Made by a program: the position numbers and the translations under genes
DNA from: Candidatus Moanibacter sp.
Lineage (GTDB): Bacteria > Verrucomicrobiota > Verrucomicrobiia > Opitutales > UBA2987
Assembly: GCA_965215885.1 (NCBI GenBank)
Contig: CBDCEW010000102.1
Span: forward strand, 32,001-96,000
Length of the DNA: 64,000 bases
Direction: 5' to 3'
In this document: positions 1-10,733 of the stretch, piece by piece
Layout of the letters: the number at the start of each line of letters is the position of its first letter
Numbering within the stretch: position 1 is the first letter of the stretch
The notes under the pieces: generated by a model
The model's database searches: none
What the model was told of the DNA's origin: nothing
The model's input: the letters and a program-made list of their open reading frames with translations, nothing else

Positions 1-481
1 CGGGACGGACGATATTGGTTGCGTCGAGGCGACCACCTAGACCCGTTTCAATAATACCGATATCAACTTCCTCCTGGCAGAAGCGCATGAACGCCATGGC
101 GGTAACAAATTCGAAAAAGGAGGGGTGATCATCCGAATCAACAGCGGCCAGATTTTCCGCGACTTCCCGAAGGCGGCGGGAATGGGAAATGATCGAATCT
201 CGATCTAAAGGATGCCTGTTCACCTGAATACGTTCACCGAGAAAGACCAGGTGTGGAGAAGTGAAGAGGCCGGTCTTATACCCTCCACTTCGGAAAATAG
301 CCTCCAGCATGGCACAGGTCGAGCCCTTCCCGTTCGTTCCAGCGACATGAATAACCGGATAAGCTCTTTCGGGATGGCCGAGCGCCTCGGCCAATAATTC
401 CATACGTTCGATACCGTACTTGGCACCATGGTGCCTGAGCCCATAGAGGTAGGCTTTAACATCTTCGTAGCTATTCATCAT
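1..481 (-). CDS. folC: Folylpolyglutamate synthase/dihydrofolate synthase (5' part; runs off window start)
   Basis: Manual translation of the minus strand gives [15 protein letters not shown]...[12 protein letters not shown]...[10 protein letters not shown]...[13 protein letters not shown]. Lies downstream of accD, the usual synteny. Not in the ORF track because it is truncated. Confidence 0.95.
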   Translation of the reverse strand, partial: MMNSYEDVKAYLYGLRHHGAKYGIERMELLAEALGHPERAYPVIHVAGTNGKGSTCAMLEAIFRSGGYKTGLFTSPHLVFLGERIQVNRHPLDRDSIISHSRRLREVAENLAAVDSDDHPSFFEFVTAMAFMRFCQEEVDIGIIETGLGGRLDATNIVRP

Positions 482-610
482 CTTTATGCAGAATGTCGTT
501 ACGGCGGGGTGCGGGAATATGGTCAGAGGAGGGACGATGGCTGTGCCAGGGGCCTATCGGACGAGGTTTGGCCCTTGCACAGCAATCCGACGACAAAGTC
601 CGGCAGCCTG

Positions 611-1489
611 TTAGCCCGCCTTTCTCCCGTTGGCGGGTTGTCTACCGTGGTAAAGTGCGTGAAATAGCACAATCAGGCGTTCACGCAGTAAGGCTCGCGG
701 TACGATCTGATCTATAAGGCCATGTTCGAGAAGGAATTCCGCGGTTTGAAAACCCTCGGGCAACTTTTCCTGAATGGTTTCCTTGATCACTCGAGGGCCG
801 GAGAAGCCAACAAGGGCGCCGGGTTCCGCCAAAATAACATCGCCTAGAGTAGCAAAACTCGCGGTCACTCCCGCGAAGGTTGGATTCGTCAAGATAGAGA
901 TGTAAGGTACTTTTGCTTCACTCAATATTGCCAACGCCGCACTGGTCTTTGCCATCTGCATAAGGCTAAGGATTCCCTCTTCCATGCGCGCACCTCCGGA
1001 TGCGCAAACGATCACCAATGGGATCTTTCGGCGGGATGATCGTTCGATGGCACGAGTGATTTTCTCGCCGACAACCGAGCCCATACTGGCTCCTCGAAAA
1101 CGGAAATCCATTATGGCGATGGAGACCAGAGTTCGGCCGATCTTTCCCAACCCACTGATTACGGCATCATTCATTCCGGTCTTTTTCTTATCCTTTTCCA
1201 GTTTATCCCGATAGGAAGCCGCACCCTTGAAGTTCAGTGGATCCGCCGAACTCAGCTCTGCATCGTGCTCTTCGAAAGACCCGGGGTTGAGCAGCAATTC
1301 GATACGTTCGGGAGCACTGAGGGGAAAGTGGTAGCCGCTCTTCGGCACGACCATGAGATTCTTCTCAAGCTCCTTGTTATAGACAATCTCACCGGAGAGG
1401 GGACATTTCGTATAGAGGTTCTTCGGGATGTCCTTCCTTTTGACGTCCACGGTGACTGTGGAATACTGCGGTTTGTTGAAGAATGCCAT
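611..1489 (-). CDS. accD: Acetyl-CoA carboxylase carboxyltransferase beta subunit
   Basis: [36 protein letters not shown] and [11 protein letters not shown] motifs. Confidence 0.97.
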   Translation of the reverse strand: MAFFNKPQYSTVTVDVKRKDIPKNLYTKCPLSGEIVYNKELEKNLMVVPKSGYHFPLSAPERIELLLNPGSFEEHDAELSSADPLNFKGAASYRDKLEKDKKKTGMNDAVISGLGKIGRTLVSIAIMDFRFRGASMGSVVGEKITRAIERSSRRKIPLVIVCASGGARMEEGILSLMQMAKTSAALAILSEAKVPYISILTNPTFAGVTASFATLGDVILAEPGALVGFSGPRVIKETIQEKLPEGFQTAEFLLEHGLIDQIVPRALLRERLIVLFHALYHGRQPANGRKAG

Positions 1490-1636
1490 AGCTGCTCTGC
1501 CTTCGATTTCAGTAATCCCGAATCGACTCTATCCCGCTCGGCGGAATCATCATAATTACGAATCGGAATACCTGGTTACTGTCGGCCTGTGGAGGATGAT
1601 ACCGGAAATCTGAAAGAGTATTCCTAAGCGAGATAA

Positions 1637-2359
1637 TCATCCATGCGCAAGAGTCAAGACTCTCAAATTCCGCGCACCCGACTTCCTCAACACCCGACAA
1701 CAGGCATTCAGGGTTACACCGGTGGTAAATACGTCGTCAATGACAATATAGGATACGTCTTTTCGTAAAGCCTCCTTTTCGGACACGGCAAAGGCATTTG
1801 AGATATTCCGCTTGCGCTCTTCACGCTTAAGGCGCGTCTGGGTATCTGTATCCTTTGTGCGAACGAGGACATCCGCGATGGACAGTCCATTGCCTGCCGC
1901 AGAAAAGCACTGGGTAAGCACAAGGCTCTGATTATACCCTCTCTCGCGCTGTTTACGTGCATGCAATGGAACGGGGACTAGAACAGAATTCTCCAGAAAA
2001 CCGGGTAACCAGGAACACATCTTCATGATAGTCTGGACGTCCTCCAAGAGATAGAAAGCCCGGTGGTACTTCAATCTCTGGATGATTTCTCTACCCAGAC
2101 CACGATGAAGTAGGAGGGTTCGGCCGCTCTCGAAGATCGGTTCGAGGTCAATGCAGTGGGGACAGACACGGTCTTCCTCGACCGCACCAGGAATCGGATA
2201 TCCGCAGACCCCGCAACAGGGCGGCGCCACTCGATGGAGATGGGAGACACACCGCGTGCAGATATTTTTGAAAGGGCTACCCTCTATGAGTCCTTCGCAT
2301 CCTATACAAGAGTGCGGATAAATCACGTCGAGTAGCGCTTCCATCGATTGATAGCCCAT
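1637..2359 (-). CDS. comF: ComF family protein (double zinc ribbon + phosphoribosyltransferase)
   Basis: CxxC pairs, VPVPLH..RERGYNQS, VIDDVFTTGVTL; start taken at MGYQS. Confidence 0.9.
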   Translation of the reverse strand: MGYQSMEALLDVIYPHSCIGCEGLIEGSPFKNICTRCVSHLHRVAPPCCGVCGYPIPGAVEEDRVCPHCIDLEPIFESGRTLLLHRGLGREIIQRLKYHRAFYLLEDVQTIMKMCSWLPGFLENSVLVPVPLHARKQRERGYNQSLVLTQCFSAAGNGLSIADVLVRTKDTDTQTRLKREERKRNISNAFAVSEKEALRKDVSYIVIDDVFTTGVTLNACCRVLRKSGARNLRVLTLAHG

Positions 2360-2375
2360 TTTTGAGATCTTCCGA

Positions 2376-3353
2376 TTACTGCTTCCCAGGTTCCTCATTC
2401 CCTTTAAGCGAATAGTAGAGCCAAAGAGACATGCTAAGCAAGAGGAGGGTAGCCATCCCGCCGTCGATGATTCGCTCACTTCCCCACCAGAACTTCGAGT
2501 CGGTGCCGCCCGGACGGTAAAGCTTTTTAACAACCGCCAACAGAGAAACCCAGCCTGCATGCATGCCCATGCAGGACCAAAGCGAACGTGTCCGCATGAA
2601 GAGAAGTGTCAGGACCAGACCCACAAAAAACAGACCCACGAAGCGAAGAGGATGGAAAGTCTGCGTGATGCTTATGAGAGTCCAGAATCCGACATAGAAT
2701 CCGCTTCCCAGCGTCACGTCAGAGTCCGGAGCCCAAACCTGCTCGGGAATCTTTTTGAAATGCACGCATGCAAAGAAAAGGGAACTAATAAGTGCAGCTA
2801 TAAGAGGACTGCAAACGCAGTAAAAGGTGCGGAAGATTACACCTCGAAAGACCACCTCTTCGAGAAAGCCGACGATAATACCCGAGAGAAGAGCGGTAAT
2901 GATGATACCAAGAAACTCACTCCCAGAAAAATTAGCCCGCAGGATAAGGCTGCCCGCAAGAATCTGCCCTAAGACCACAATGAAGAGCAATGCGCTTCCC
3001 ACGCCTGCCCATCGCAGAAGTTCCCGCCAGAGACCTCGTTCGAGGCGAAAACCCAGAGTCACCCACGACCACAGACCACAGCGTCTTATCAGCCACGGCA
3101 GAAATAGGACGACAGGTAACCATCGGAGTCGGTCAAAATACCGCGGAAACCCTTTTTCAGCGAGATACTTGTTCAACTCGTTTGGAGCAGATTCGGCCCA
3201 AGCTGCGAACCCCCAGTAAACGAGGGGACTGACCACGGCGGCGAAGAGAAGAGAGCCGAAAAACAATAGAGCCACGAGGCAAAGGCCGCGCCAGGAGCGC
3301 TCATGAACTCCAAGTCCAAAAAGCAGAAAGGTGCTTTCGCGTGGCAACCCCAT
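2376..3353 (-). CDS. CPBP/CAAX family intramembrane glutamic endopeptidase
   Basis: EEVVFRG, FFACVH and GMHAGW motifs; multiple TM helices. Confidence 0.88.
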   Translation of the reverse strand: MGLPRESTFLLFGLGVHERSWRGLCLVALLFFGSLLFAAVVSPLVYWGFAAWAESAPNELNKYLAEKGFPRYFDRLRWLPVVLFLPWLIRRCGLWSWVTLGFRLERGLWRELLRWAGVGSALLFIVVLGQILAGSLILRANFSGSEFLGIIITALLSGIIVGFLEEVVFRGVIFRTFYCVCSPLIAALISSLFFACVHFKKIPEQVWAPDSDVTLGSGFYVGFWTLISITQTFHPLRFVGLFFVGLVLTLLFMRTRSLWSCMGMHAGWVSLLAVVKKLYRPGGTDSKFWWGSERIIDGGMATLLLLSMSLWLYYSLKGNEEPGKQ

Positions 3354-3354
3354 A

Positions 3355-4095
3355 TCAATCGTAGAATACCCTATCAAGGAAGAGACCTTTGGAGGGAGCG
3401 GTCGGGATCAGGGCGGTGCGCTTCTTCTCTTTGAGAATTGCCTCGATATCGCCGACCTTCAGTTTTCCGATTCCCACATCGACAAGCGCCCCAGTCACAC
3501 TGCGTACCATCTTATAGAGGTAACCGCCAGCCTCGGTCGTCAGGCGGAGGCGGGGACCCTTCTGTGTGAGATCGAGACGCCGCATCTCTTTGATCGGATT
3601 CTCCCGAGAGCCATCTCCCCGGTCTGCCGCGAACGCGGAAAAATCGTGGTTACCTAAGAGAATTCGAGCGGCCTCTCGCATCAGTGTGGTATCGAGACGC
3701 CGCTTCCCGAGTGACCAGCAGTAGCGTGTTTCGCGAGGCGGTGCATACCCCTCATAGATGTGGTAGATGTAACGCTTGCCCGAAGCAGAGTAACGAGCGT
3801 GAAAGGATTGGGGGACACTCCGGATGGAAGAAACCTGAATACTCGCAGGAACTCCGGAACGGAAGGCGCGCAGGAGGTGCTCATGGGGATGCTCCCACTC
3901 AGCATCGAAATGAAAGACTTGCCTGCTGGCATGCACGCCGCTATCGGTTCGCCCGCTCCCGTGAATGCGAACCGGAACGTTGAGAATCGCGCGGAGACGG
4001 CCCTCCAGAATATCCTGCACGGTATTTCCGTCGACCTGGCTCTGCCATCCGTAAAAATCGGTGCCGTCATAGGCAACTATCGCCTTAAAGCGCAT
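3355..4095 (-). CDS. truA: tRNA pseudouridine(38-40) synthase
   Basis: AYDGTDFYGWQ, GSGRTDSGVHA, FHARYSA, HDFSAF, YKMVR. Confidence 0.97.
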   Translation of the reverse strand: MRFKAIVAYDGTDFYGWQSQVDGNTVQDILEGRLRAILNVPVRIHGSGRTDSGVHASRQVFHFDAEWEHPHEHLLRAFRSGVPASIQVSSIRSVPQSFHARYSASGKRYIYHIYEGYAPPRETRYCWSLGKRRLDTTLMREAARILLGNHDFSAFAADRGDGSRENPIKEMRRLDLTQKGPRLRLTTEAGGYLYKMVRSVTGALVDVGIGKLKVGDIEAILKEKKRTALIPTAPSKGLFLDRVFYD

Positions 4096-4122
4096 GATTA
4101 CCCTGGGAAGCTGTCGGACTGA

Positions 4123-4551
4123 TTATTGGCAGGCCGAAAGTGAGCGATGGGCATCGAGAAAATCCTGCAGGATCAAAGTGGCAGCGCGGGAATCGATTTC
4201 CCCGGATTTGCGGGATAGGCGTTTGCCGATCGACTTCAAATCGATTTCCGCCTGATAGGTTGTTAACGTTTCATCGACGCGATGCGCCTCGATTCCAAAT
4301 CGACCTTGCAGTTCGTCGATAAAACGATCGACCTCCTTTGCTTTAAATCCCTCGCTTCCGTCCATATTAATCGGATAGCCAACTACAAGATAGGAGATAT
4401 CGCGGGCTGCTATGACTTCCCCTATGTGGCGCATGCGGTCCTTCTTTCGCCGTTGTCTGGCGGCGTCGAGAGGAACAGCCACGCCCAATTCATCAGCATA
4501 GCTCAATCCGATGCGTTTTTCACCGTAATCTATTCCAAGATAGTTCATCAA
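4123..4551 (-). CDS. ruvX: RuvX/YqgF pre-16S rRNA nuclease
   Basis: LGIDYGEKRIG, VVGYP, VDETLTT, IDSRAATLILQ. Confidence 0.95.
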   Translation of the reverse strand: MMNYLGIDYGEKRIGLSYADELGVAVPLDAARQRRKKDRMRHIGEVIAARDISYLVVGYPINMDGSEGFKAKEVDRFIDELQGRFGIEAHRVDETLTTYQAEIDLKSIGKRLSRKSGEIDSRAATLILQDFLDAHRSLSACQ

Positions 4552-5636
4552 GAGAGATGATTCGTGTCGGGATCCTCGGCAATAGTCTGAACCAACGCCT
4601 TGATCTCCTGCGCCTTGGATTTCGAGCAGATCAGAGTCGCGTCGGGCGTCTGAACCACTATAAGGTCGTCGACTCCGAGAAGTGCGGTCATATGCCCTTC
4701 CTCAGAGACAACAATATTTCCTGTTGAGTCTTTCACCAGAGCGTGTCCCTTAATTACATTATTGTGTTCGTCACCAGTATGATGCCGAGCAATGGCCGGC
4801 CATTCTCCGACGTCATCCCATTTGAACGAGGATTCGATTGTAAGCACGTTGCCCGCCTTTTCAAGGAGGGCGTAATCTACCGAAATTCTGTCGAGGGAGG
4901 GATAGCAGGTATCCAGCAGCACATCCAGTTCTCCTCCCTTGGAAAGTTCCCTTTCAACTTTCTGCATAGCACCACAGAGAGATGGCGTATGCCGCATCAT
5001 TTCGACTTCGATTACGGGAACACGCCAAACGAAAATCCCCGCGTTCCAATAAAATTCGCCTGATGCCAGATATCTCTCCGCCGTCGGGCGATCGGGCTTT
5101 TCCACAAAACGCTGAACAGAATAGATGGACCGATTTTCAAGGGTAAAACGCACGGCGCCTCGATGAATGTATCCATAGCCAGTGGCGGGACGTGACGGTT
5201 TGACGCCGATGGTGACCAAGGCAGCTTCTCTTTCGGCCGCCTCGAAGCACGCTTCCAGGTCCTCGCGAAATCGAGCGGCGGAATCGATTACTGCGTCGGC
5301 CGGCAGTATTGCGAAGGCCCCGTCCGCCTCCCGAAGCTTGACCAGGATGGTGGCGAGCCCTACTGCGGCAGCGGTATCCCGGCCCATCGGTTCGCCGATC
5401 ACCTGTTCCGGCACAACCTCGAGAGGAAGATCGAGAATCGCTTCTCGCTGCTCGCGGTTTGTAATGATAAAGATGTTTTCGGCAGGCACCAGATCGGCGA
5501 TTCGATCGATTGTCTGGACCAGCATCGGCTTGTCCCCGACGATGGGTAACAAGTGTTTGGGACGGACGATGCGACTTAATGGCCAGAACCTCTCACCGCG
5601 TCCACCAGCCATAATTACGATAAAACGCTTATTCAT
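4548..5636 (-). CDS. manC: Mannose-1-phosphate guanylyltransferase
   Basis: MAGGRGERFWPLSR, EPMGRDTAAA, TGYGYI, FVEKPD, WNAGIF, WDDVG. Confidence 0.93.
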   Translation of the reverse strand: MNKRFIVIMAGGRGERFWPLSRIVRPKHLLPIVGDKPMLVQTIDRIADLVPAENIFIITNREQREAILDLPLEVVPEQVIGEPMGRDTAAAVGLATILVKLREADGAFAILPADAVIDSAARFREDLEACFEAAEREAALVTIGVKPSRPATGYGYIHRGAVRFTLENRSIYSVQRFVEKPDRPTAERYLASGEFYWNAGIFVWRVPVIEVEMMRHTPSLCGAMQKVERELSKGGELDVLLDTCYPSLDRISVDYALLEKAGNVLTIESSFKWDDVGEWPAIARHHTGDEHNNVIKGHALVKDSTGNIVVSEEGHMTALLGVDDLIVVQTPDATLICSKSKAQEIKALVQTIAEDPDTNHLS

Positions 5637-5783
5637 TGGAGATCATCCGGATGAAAACTCCCCGTCCCGGCTCGCCGGGACGAGGTATTACCAAGTTAAA
5701 AAAGAGCGATATTACAACCTTACCCGTACCCGTCAACGGCCTAACTGCTCGTCGGAAGAAATCCGGTTTCTGATAGCTTAGCA

Positions 5784-5845
5784 TTCCCCTGCGCCTCCTC
5801 ACAGACGCTCGAGGATGCGAGCGTCTGTGAGGAGGCGCAGGGGAA
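5784..5845. repeat. Perfect 28-bp inverted repeat with 6-nt loop
   Basis: TTCCCCTGCGCCTCCTCACAGACGCTCG-AGGATG-CGAGCGTCTGTGAGGAGGCGCAGGGGAA. Confidence 0.9.
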
Positions 5846-6108
5846 AGGTAAATAGATCTCATCATTTAGCACGAAATCCTAATTATCCCCGGCGCGAGGC
5901 CGGGGGATTTCCGATACCGCTGAGCGGGACCAGGACAGGCCGCGCACAATGAGAAAGAGTCAAGACAGAGATCCCGTCCGGCTTGCTGGGATGGGGTTCC
6001 AAGTTAAAAGTACAAAGTTGACAGGTTACATATCGGAACTTTGGTTTATTGTGTCCGGTCCTGAAGCGGGCAAAGGATTTCGGAGCCGATTGGAGAAGTG
6101 TAGCAATA

Positions 6109-7296
6109 ATGGATACAAGCATTGATTCCAAAATCGAATTGTCGCCTGATCAGATCGCTCGCTACAGCCGGCACGTCATACTCCCGCAAGTTGGGCTTGA
6201 GGGGCAGAAAAAGCTGGAAGCGGGAAGCGCGCTTGTTGTCGGGATGGGGGGATTGGGCAGCCCCGTAGCCCTCTATCTTGCCGCCGCCGGCGTGGGCACT
6301 CTCGGCCTGGCGGACTTTGACGACATCGAAGATCACAACCTGCAAAGACAGATAATCCATCGCACCGACAGGGTGGGGACGCCCAAGTTAGACTCGGCCT
6401 TAGAGGAACTCCGAAATTTGAATCCTCACACGACCTTGCGGGAACATCGAGAGGGTGTCACGATCGACAATGCGCTGAATGTCTTCTCAAAATATGACAT
6501 CATCGTTGATGGTTCGGATAACTTTCCCACACGATACCTCGTGAACGACGCCGCCTACTTTGCCGAAAGACCCCTCGTTTACGGGAGCATCTTTCAGTTC
6601 GAAGGTCAGGTCTCACTATTTCATTCGAAAGCGGGAGGACCCTGCTATCGATGCCTCTTTCCGAGCATGCCTGCACCCGGCACTGTACCGAATTGCGCGG
6701 AAGCCGGTGTCTTTGGGGCACTTTGCGGCGTCATCGGAAGCATGCAGGCCATGGAAGCAATCAAGCATCTTGTGGCCATAGGCGATTCGCTCATGGGAAG
6801 ACTCCTGGTCATCGATGCCCTTTCCATGAAATTGCGCGACCTCAACCTGAAACGGGCTCCGGAATGCCCTCTATGCGGACCAAATGCGCGGATTCATAGC
6901 CTCGAGGCTGAGAATTATGAATTTGATTGCGAGGTCGAATCCGAGGAAGCGACGGATGAAGAGACCGTCGGCGATTACCCCATGGAAGTTTCGATTGAGG
7001 ATGCGAAGGCTCTCCTCGATACGAATGAGTCCGCCTATCTCCTGGATGTGCGCGAGCCTTTCGAAGTGGCTATTTGTGCTATCCAAGGGAGCGTGAATAT
7101 ACCCATGCAACAGATTGCAGAGAATATTGGTGCGCTTCCCAGAGACGGAAATATACTGGTGCACTGTCACCATGGTGGACGAAGCCTCCACGTAACTAAG
7201 TACCTTCGGGCAAAGGGATTTCCGGCTGTCAGTAACGTAGCCGGAGGTATCGATGCATGGGCAGTGCGTATTGAACCGGGGATGAAGCGGTACTGA
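6109..7296 (+). CDS. moeB: MoeB/MoeZ adenylyltransferase with C-terminal rhodanese domain
   Basis: RYSRHVILPQVG, GMGGLG, NLQRQI, PCYRC, CPLC; rhodanese CHHGGRS. Confidence 0.93.
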   Translation: MDTSIDSKIELSPDQIARYSRHVILPQVGLEGQKKLEAGSALVVGMGGLGSPVALYLAAAGVGTLGLADFDDIEDHNLQRQIIHRTDRVGTPKLDSALEELRNLNPHTTLREHREGVTIDNALNVFSKYDIIVDGSDNFPTRYLVNDAAYFAERPLVYGSIFQFEGQVSLFHSKAGGPCYRCLFPSMPAPGTVPNCAEAGVFGALCGVIGSMQAMEAIKHLVAIGDSLMGRLLVIDALSMKLRDLNLKRAPECPLCGPNARIHSLEAENYEFDCEVESEEATDEETVGDYPMEVSIEDAKALLDTNESAYLLDVREPFEVAICAIQGSVNIPMQQIAENIGALPRDGNILVHCHHGGRSLHVTKYLRAKGFPAVSNVAGGIDAWAVRIEPGMKRY

Positions 7297-7324
7297 GCTT
7301 GAACTCCAATCTTACTTCCGGGAG

Positions 7325-8767
7325 CTACGGATTTATCGTTAATGGCTCATTCTGATCGTCCTCTGAGTTCACCGCATCCTCAACCCCAATATAGGTCCCC
7401 TCATGGCTCGAACTGAGGGAGGGCCGAATTTCGGCTCCACCATCTGGAACCGGGAAGCGGAGAACTTCAATGCTGGGATCCCGCAAAATCACTGTCTCCG
7501 GAGGATAGGGGAGTTCAGAGGATTCAAGGTAGGCGGTGGCGGATTCAGGATCCCGCATCATCCACCTACTGGCTACCATGGTAACAGTCACTTCCCTTAA
7601 GCGATCTTCGGTGATTGATTCCGCCCAGGTCATGGCCGCTTCGGGATCTTCACTCATGACAGTTAAAGCTACCTGTTTGACGGCACGATCGTAATCGGGG
7701 TGCGAGGGTTGCCGGTTAAGCCACTCCGCTGCCACCGCGGTATCTCCAGCACGCAGCCAGGAATCGACTACTGCAGCAACGCTGCTGACACGCGCAGCAC
7801 CTGCTGGTAAGGCCACCGCCCACTGCGCCGCTCTTTGCGGATCCGAGGCTGCCCAATTCGAGGCAATGGTGGTTAAGGCCATGCTGTTACTGCGTTTTTC
7901 TGAAATATCAAGGACCCATTCCGCCGCATAGAGGGGCTCGTAACGACTCCATAACCTTGCTATGTGATCAATCGTCATCTGTCTGACTGAACTCTCTGGA
8001 AGATCGGAAAACCAACTCAGACGATCTCTAAATTGATCTGTTGCGAAGAGATGATCAGCGACTGTCTTGAGCGCGCTGGTGCGAAGTGCTTCGTTTGCAA
8101 CAGATGCAGCCAGTGAAAATCCGATACGCGGATCATCCTGTGAAATTTCCCGGATTACGGCGTTTATGCGCTCACTCTGAAAGGGACCGGCTCCGGGATT
8201 CTCCACCGTCCAGTCCCATGCGCTTTCCGGATCACTATTGGACCAGCCGGCAAGCGCGGAGGATACTGCGGCCTCAATGTTCCAGTGTTCCGAATGTTCG
8301 AAGGCGAATGCCAGAGCGGAACGACCATCGAGTTCTCCCCAACGCCGTAGAAGCCGTTCGAGCATCTCATCTCGCCTTGCGCCCAGTGGCAAATTTCCTA
8401 TAAAAGCTACGGCCTCGCCAATGTCATTCAGCACCAGGCCTGAAAGAATAACGTCTACGGCATACCCTCGCCGGTGCGGTTGCGCCTCCCGCAAGGCTCG
8501 GGTGAGTGCTTGCTGCACCTGGGGCGGAAAACTCCCTGCTGGATCAAGTGTGGGAGTTTCTCCACTAAATTTTCGAATGACGACAATTCGCTCAATTGTC
8601 TCTTGTGCCTTTTCGAAATCCTGTTCACCGACCACGGAAAGGGAATCCCCGCCTCTGGAACGGGCCCAGTGCGAGCCCAACCAAAACGCGATGGCGATAG
8701 TGAACAGCCAGGCGCTGGAAATCATAAGAGTTTTTCTCCCCAGTTCGCGCTTCATGCTCAGTTTCAA
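7325..8767 (-). CDS. Membrane-anchored helical-repeat protein (WxxxDPxxAxxW repeats)
   Basis: N-terminal TM, then repeated WGELDGRSA / WSNSDPESAWDW / WAASDPQRAAQW / WMMRDPESA units. Confidence 0.75.
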   Translation of the reverse strand: MKLSMKRELGRKTLMISSAWLFTIAIAFWLGSHWARSRGGDSLSVVGEQDFEKAQETIERIVVIRKFSGETPTLDPAGSFPPQVQQALTRALREAQPHRRGYAVDVILSGLVLNDIGEAVAFIGNLPLGARRDEMLERLLRRWGELDGRSALAFAFEHSEHWNIEAAVSSALAGWSNSDPESAWDWTVENPGAGPFQSERINAVIREISQDDPRIGFSLAASVANEALRTSALKTVADHLFATDQFRDRLSWFSDLPESSVRQMTIDHIARLWSRYEPLYAAEWVLDISEKRSNSMALTTIASNWAASDPQRAAQWAVALPAGAARVSSVAAVVDSWLRAGDTAVAAEWLNRQPSHPDYDRAVKQVALTVMSEDPEAAMTWAESITEDRLREVTVTMVASRWMMRDPESATAYLESSELPYPPETVILRDPSIEVLRFPVPDGGAEIRPSLSSSHEGTYIGVEDAVNSEDDQNEPLTINP

Positions 8768-8781
8768 TTTCTTGTCATTGT

Positions 8782-8809
8782 GAGCCTGCCGGCAAAGTTC
8801 GACAGGCTC
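8782..8809. repeat. Minimal hairpin of the (C/G)AGCCTGTCGG end family
   Basis: GAGCCTGCCG...CGACAGGCTC followed by TTAG; same end motif as the element at 53351-53410. Confidence 0.6.
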
Positions 8810-8816
8810 TTAGCTA

Positions 8817-10733
8817 GACCTTATCCGAAAAGCTACTGATTGGCCGCAAAGAGGCGCAAAAGGCGCAAGAAAAACTTGAGAAAAATCATTTTTTGGCTTG
8901 ATAAAAAGTGTCGCAACATGCTAGTGTTTAACAACCTAAGATTAAGAAAGGAGTTAAACATGCCAACATGTGCGACAGAGGAGAACAAAAGCGATAAGAC
9001 GCCCCTTAGCAACCTCATTCTGCCGGTTCCAGACACGGATTTCCGTGATTTTCTGGATGAAGTTGAAGAATTGGCCGGGTTCGCGGCGCAAATCATCGAG
9101 GCGATCGAGAAGGATCTGGACGCCCATGCGCGTGAGAAGAAGAAACTTCGATTGGAAGATCGCAGGTTCTTTGAAGGGCGCACAGCGGAGCTGCCGGAGC
9201 TGGACATCGAGGAGGAGAATATTCTGGCTGCTGAATTGAATCTTGGGGCAGGCCGGCCGCGGATGCCGGCTTATGCGGTATACGTGTTCGTGATGATTCG
9301 AGGGTTTCTGGGTTCGTTGACCACGAAACCGGCACGGCGGTTTGTGCGCGAGTCGATGAGCTTGTACGGATTTTTGCAGAGCGGGGGACTGAGAATGCCG
9401 GCGGTGACGACGATTCTGGAGAACGTGAACCTGGTCAGCCATACGACCCGCGAGTTGATCTTTGATAAACAGATTGGGTTTATCCTCCAGGAGCAATGGG
9501 ACGATTTCGGGAAGCTGACGATCGACAGCACCTCGGTGAAAGCAAACAGCTGCTGGCCCACCGATGGGAAGATTCTGAGCGGTCTTTTGATGCGGGCCAA
9601 TCGTTTGGGTCAGAAGTTGCATGTCTTCGGGCTGGAGGATTTTCGCAAGGGATGGGTTGGGCGTTGGCTGGAGGAAATGGACAAGCTGGAGTTTCAGATT
9701 TGTCTGGCCGCGGGCAAACCGAAGTCGAAGGGCAAGCTGAAGAAACACTACCGGCGGTTGCTCAAGCGGGGCCGCAAGGCGGCCGACTCACTAACGGGGG
9801 AACTGAGCCATCTTGAAGAGGGCCTGTCGATGGATTCACTGCCTCCCACTCGCCGGGAGCTTCTGGAGCGGGCATTGAGCCAGATCAGGGGCGATATTGC
9901 CGACGCCAAGCGGGTTGTTGAGTATGCTCATGATCGGGTGTTTCACGAAAAGAAGCTACCGTCCACACAGAAGGTCCTGAGCCTCTCGGACGGATCGGCG
10001 GCCTACATCAAGAAGGGCAGCCGCAATCCAGTGATCGGGTACAAGCCACAACTGGTTCGCAGCGAAAACGGTTTTGTCACCAGCCTGATCGTACCGCAAG
10101 GCAACGCGGCAGACTCCATTGAGCTGGCGCCGGCCATCGGCGATTCGATCAAGCGCACCGGTGTCATTGCTGAACTGGTCAGCACCGATGACGGATATGC
10201 TTCGGCGAAGGGACGCAAGGAGGTGCTGAGCATGGGGGTAAAGCAGATCAGTATCAGTGGGGCGAAGGGCAAGAAGTTGACCACCCCCGAGGACTGGGAG
10301 AGCGAGGCGTATCGCGAGGCACGCCGCGATCGCTCCGCAGTGGAGTCGCTGATGTTCACGATTAAAGATGGATTTGCCTTTGGCGAACTCGGCCGCCGCG
10401 GCATCGATGCGGTAGGCGATGAACTGCTCGAGAAGGTTCTGGCCTACAACTTCTGCCGCATCATACTGATGAAGAAACGCCGAGGGGAGGAACTGGAACA
10501 GGCAGCCTGAATCTGACCGCTTTGAAGCTCAGAGAAAAAAGCACCACGGGATGAGTATGCCTCCAGACAGCGGCAAATATACGTATTGTGCAGCAAGCCA
10601 CGCCGATGGCCGCTCAATACCTGCTCATCGGCAGCGCCGGCAGCCTAAAACCCGAAACCTGCCAGCCATAGGCTGGTCCGCCCGTGGCGGAGAACCTTAA
10701 ACCGCCCGCTCGAAAGGCTTTTCGAATGGGGTC
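8817..10733 (+). mobile_element. Insertion sequence copy 1 (DDE; ISNCY/ISDol1-like or IS5-like), 1917 bp
   Basis: Imperfect TIR GACCTTATCCGAAAAGCT / AGGCTTTTCGAATGGGGTC; 6-bp TSD TAGCTA at 8811-8816 and 10734-10739; near-identical second copy at 51426-53343. Confidence 0.92.
8960..10510 (+). CDS. DDE transposase (516 aa)
   Basis: LTIDSTSVKAN, STDDGY and RSAVESLMFTIK motifs; AAGGAG RBS before ATG 8960. Confidence 0.92.
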   Translation: MPTCATEENKSDKTPLSNLILPVPDTDFRDFLDEVEELAGFAAQIIEAIEKDLDAHAREKKKLRLEDRRFFEGRTAELPELDIEEENILAAELNLGAGRPRMPAYAVYVFVMIRGFLGSLTTKPARRFVRESMSLYGFLQSGGLRMPAVTTILENVNLVSHTTRELIFDKQIGFILQEQWDDFGKLTIDSTSVKANSCWPTDGKILSGLLMRANRLGQKLHVFGLEDFRKGWVGRWLEEMDKLEFQICLAAGKPKSKGKLKKHYRRLLKRGRKAADSLTGELSHLEEGLSMDSLPPTRRELLERALSQIRGDIADAKRVVEYAHDRVFHEKKLPSTQKVLSLSDGSAAYIKKGSRNPVIGYKPQLVRSENGFVTSLIVPQGNAADSIELAPAIGDSIKRTGVIAELVSTDDGYASAKGRKEVLSMGVKQISISGAKGKKLTTPEDWESEAYREARRDRSAVESLMFTIKDGFAFGELGRRGIDAVGDELLEKVLAYNFCRIILMKKRRGEELEQAA

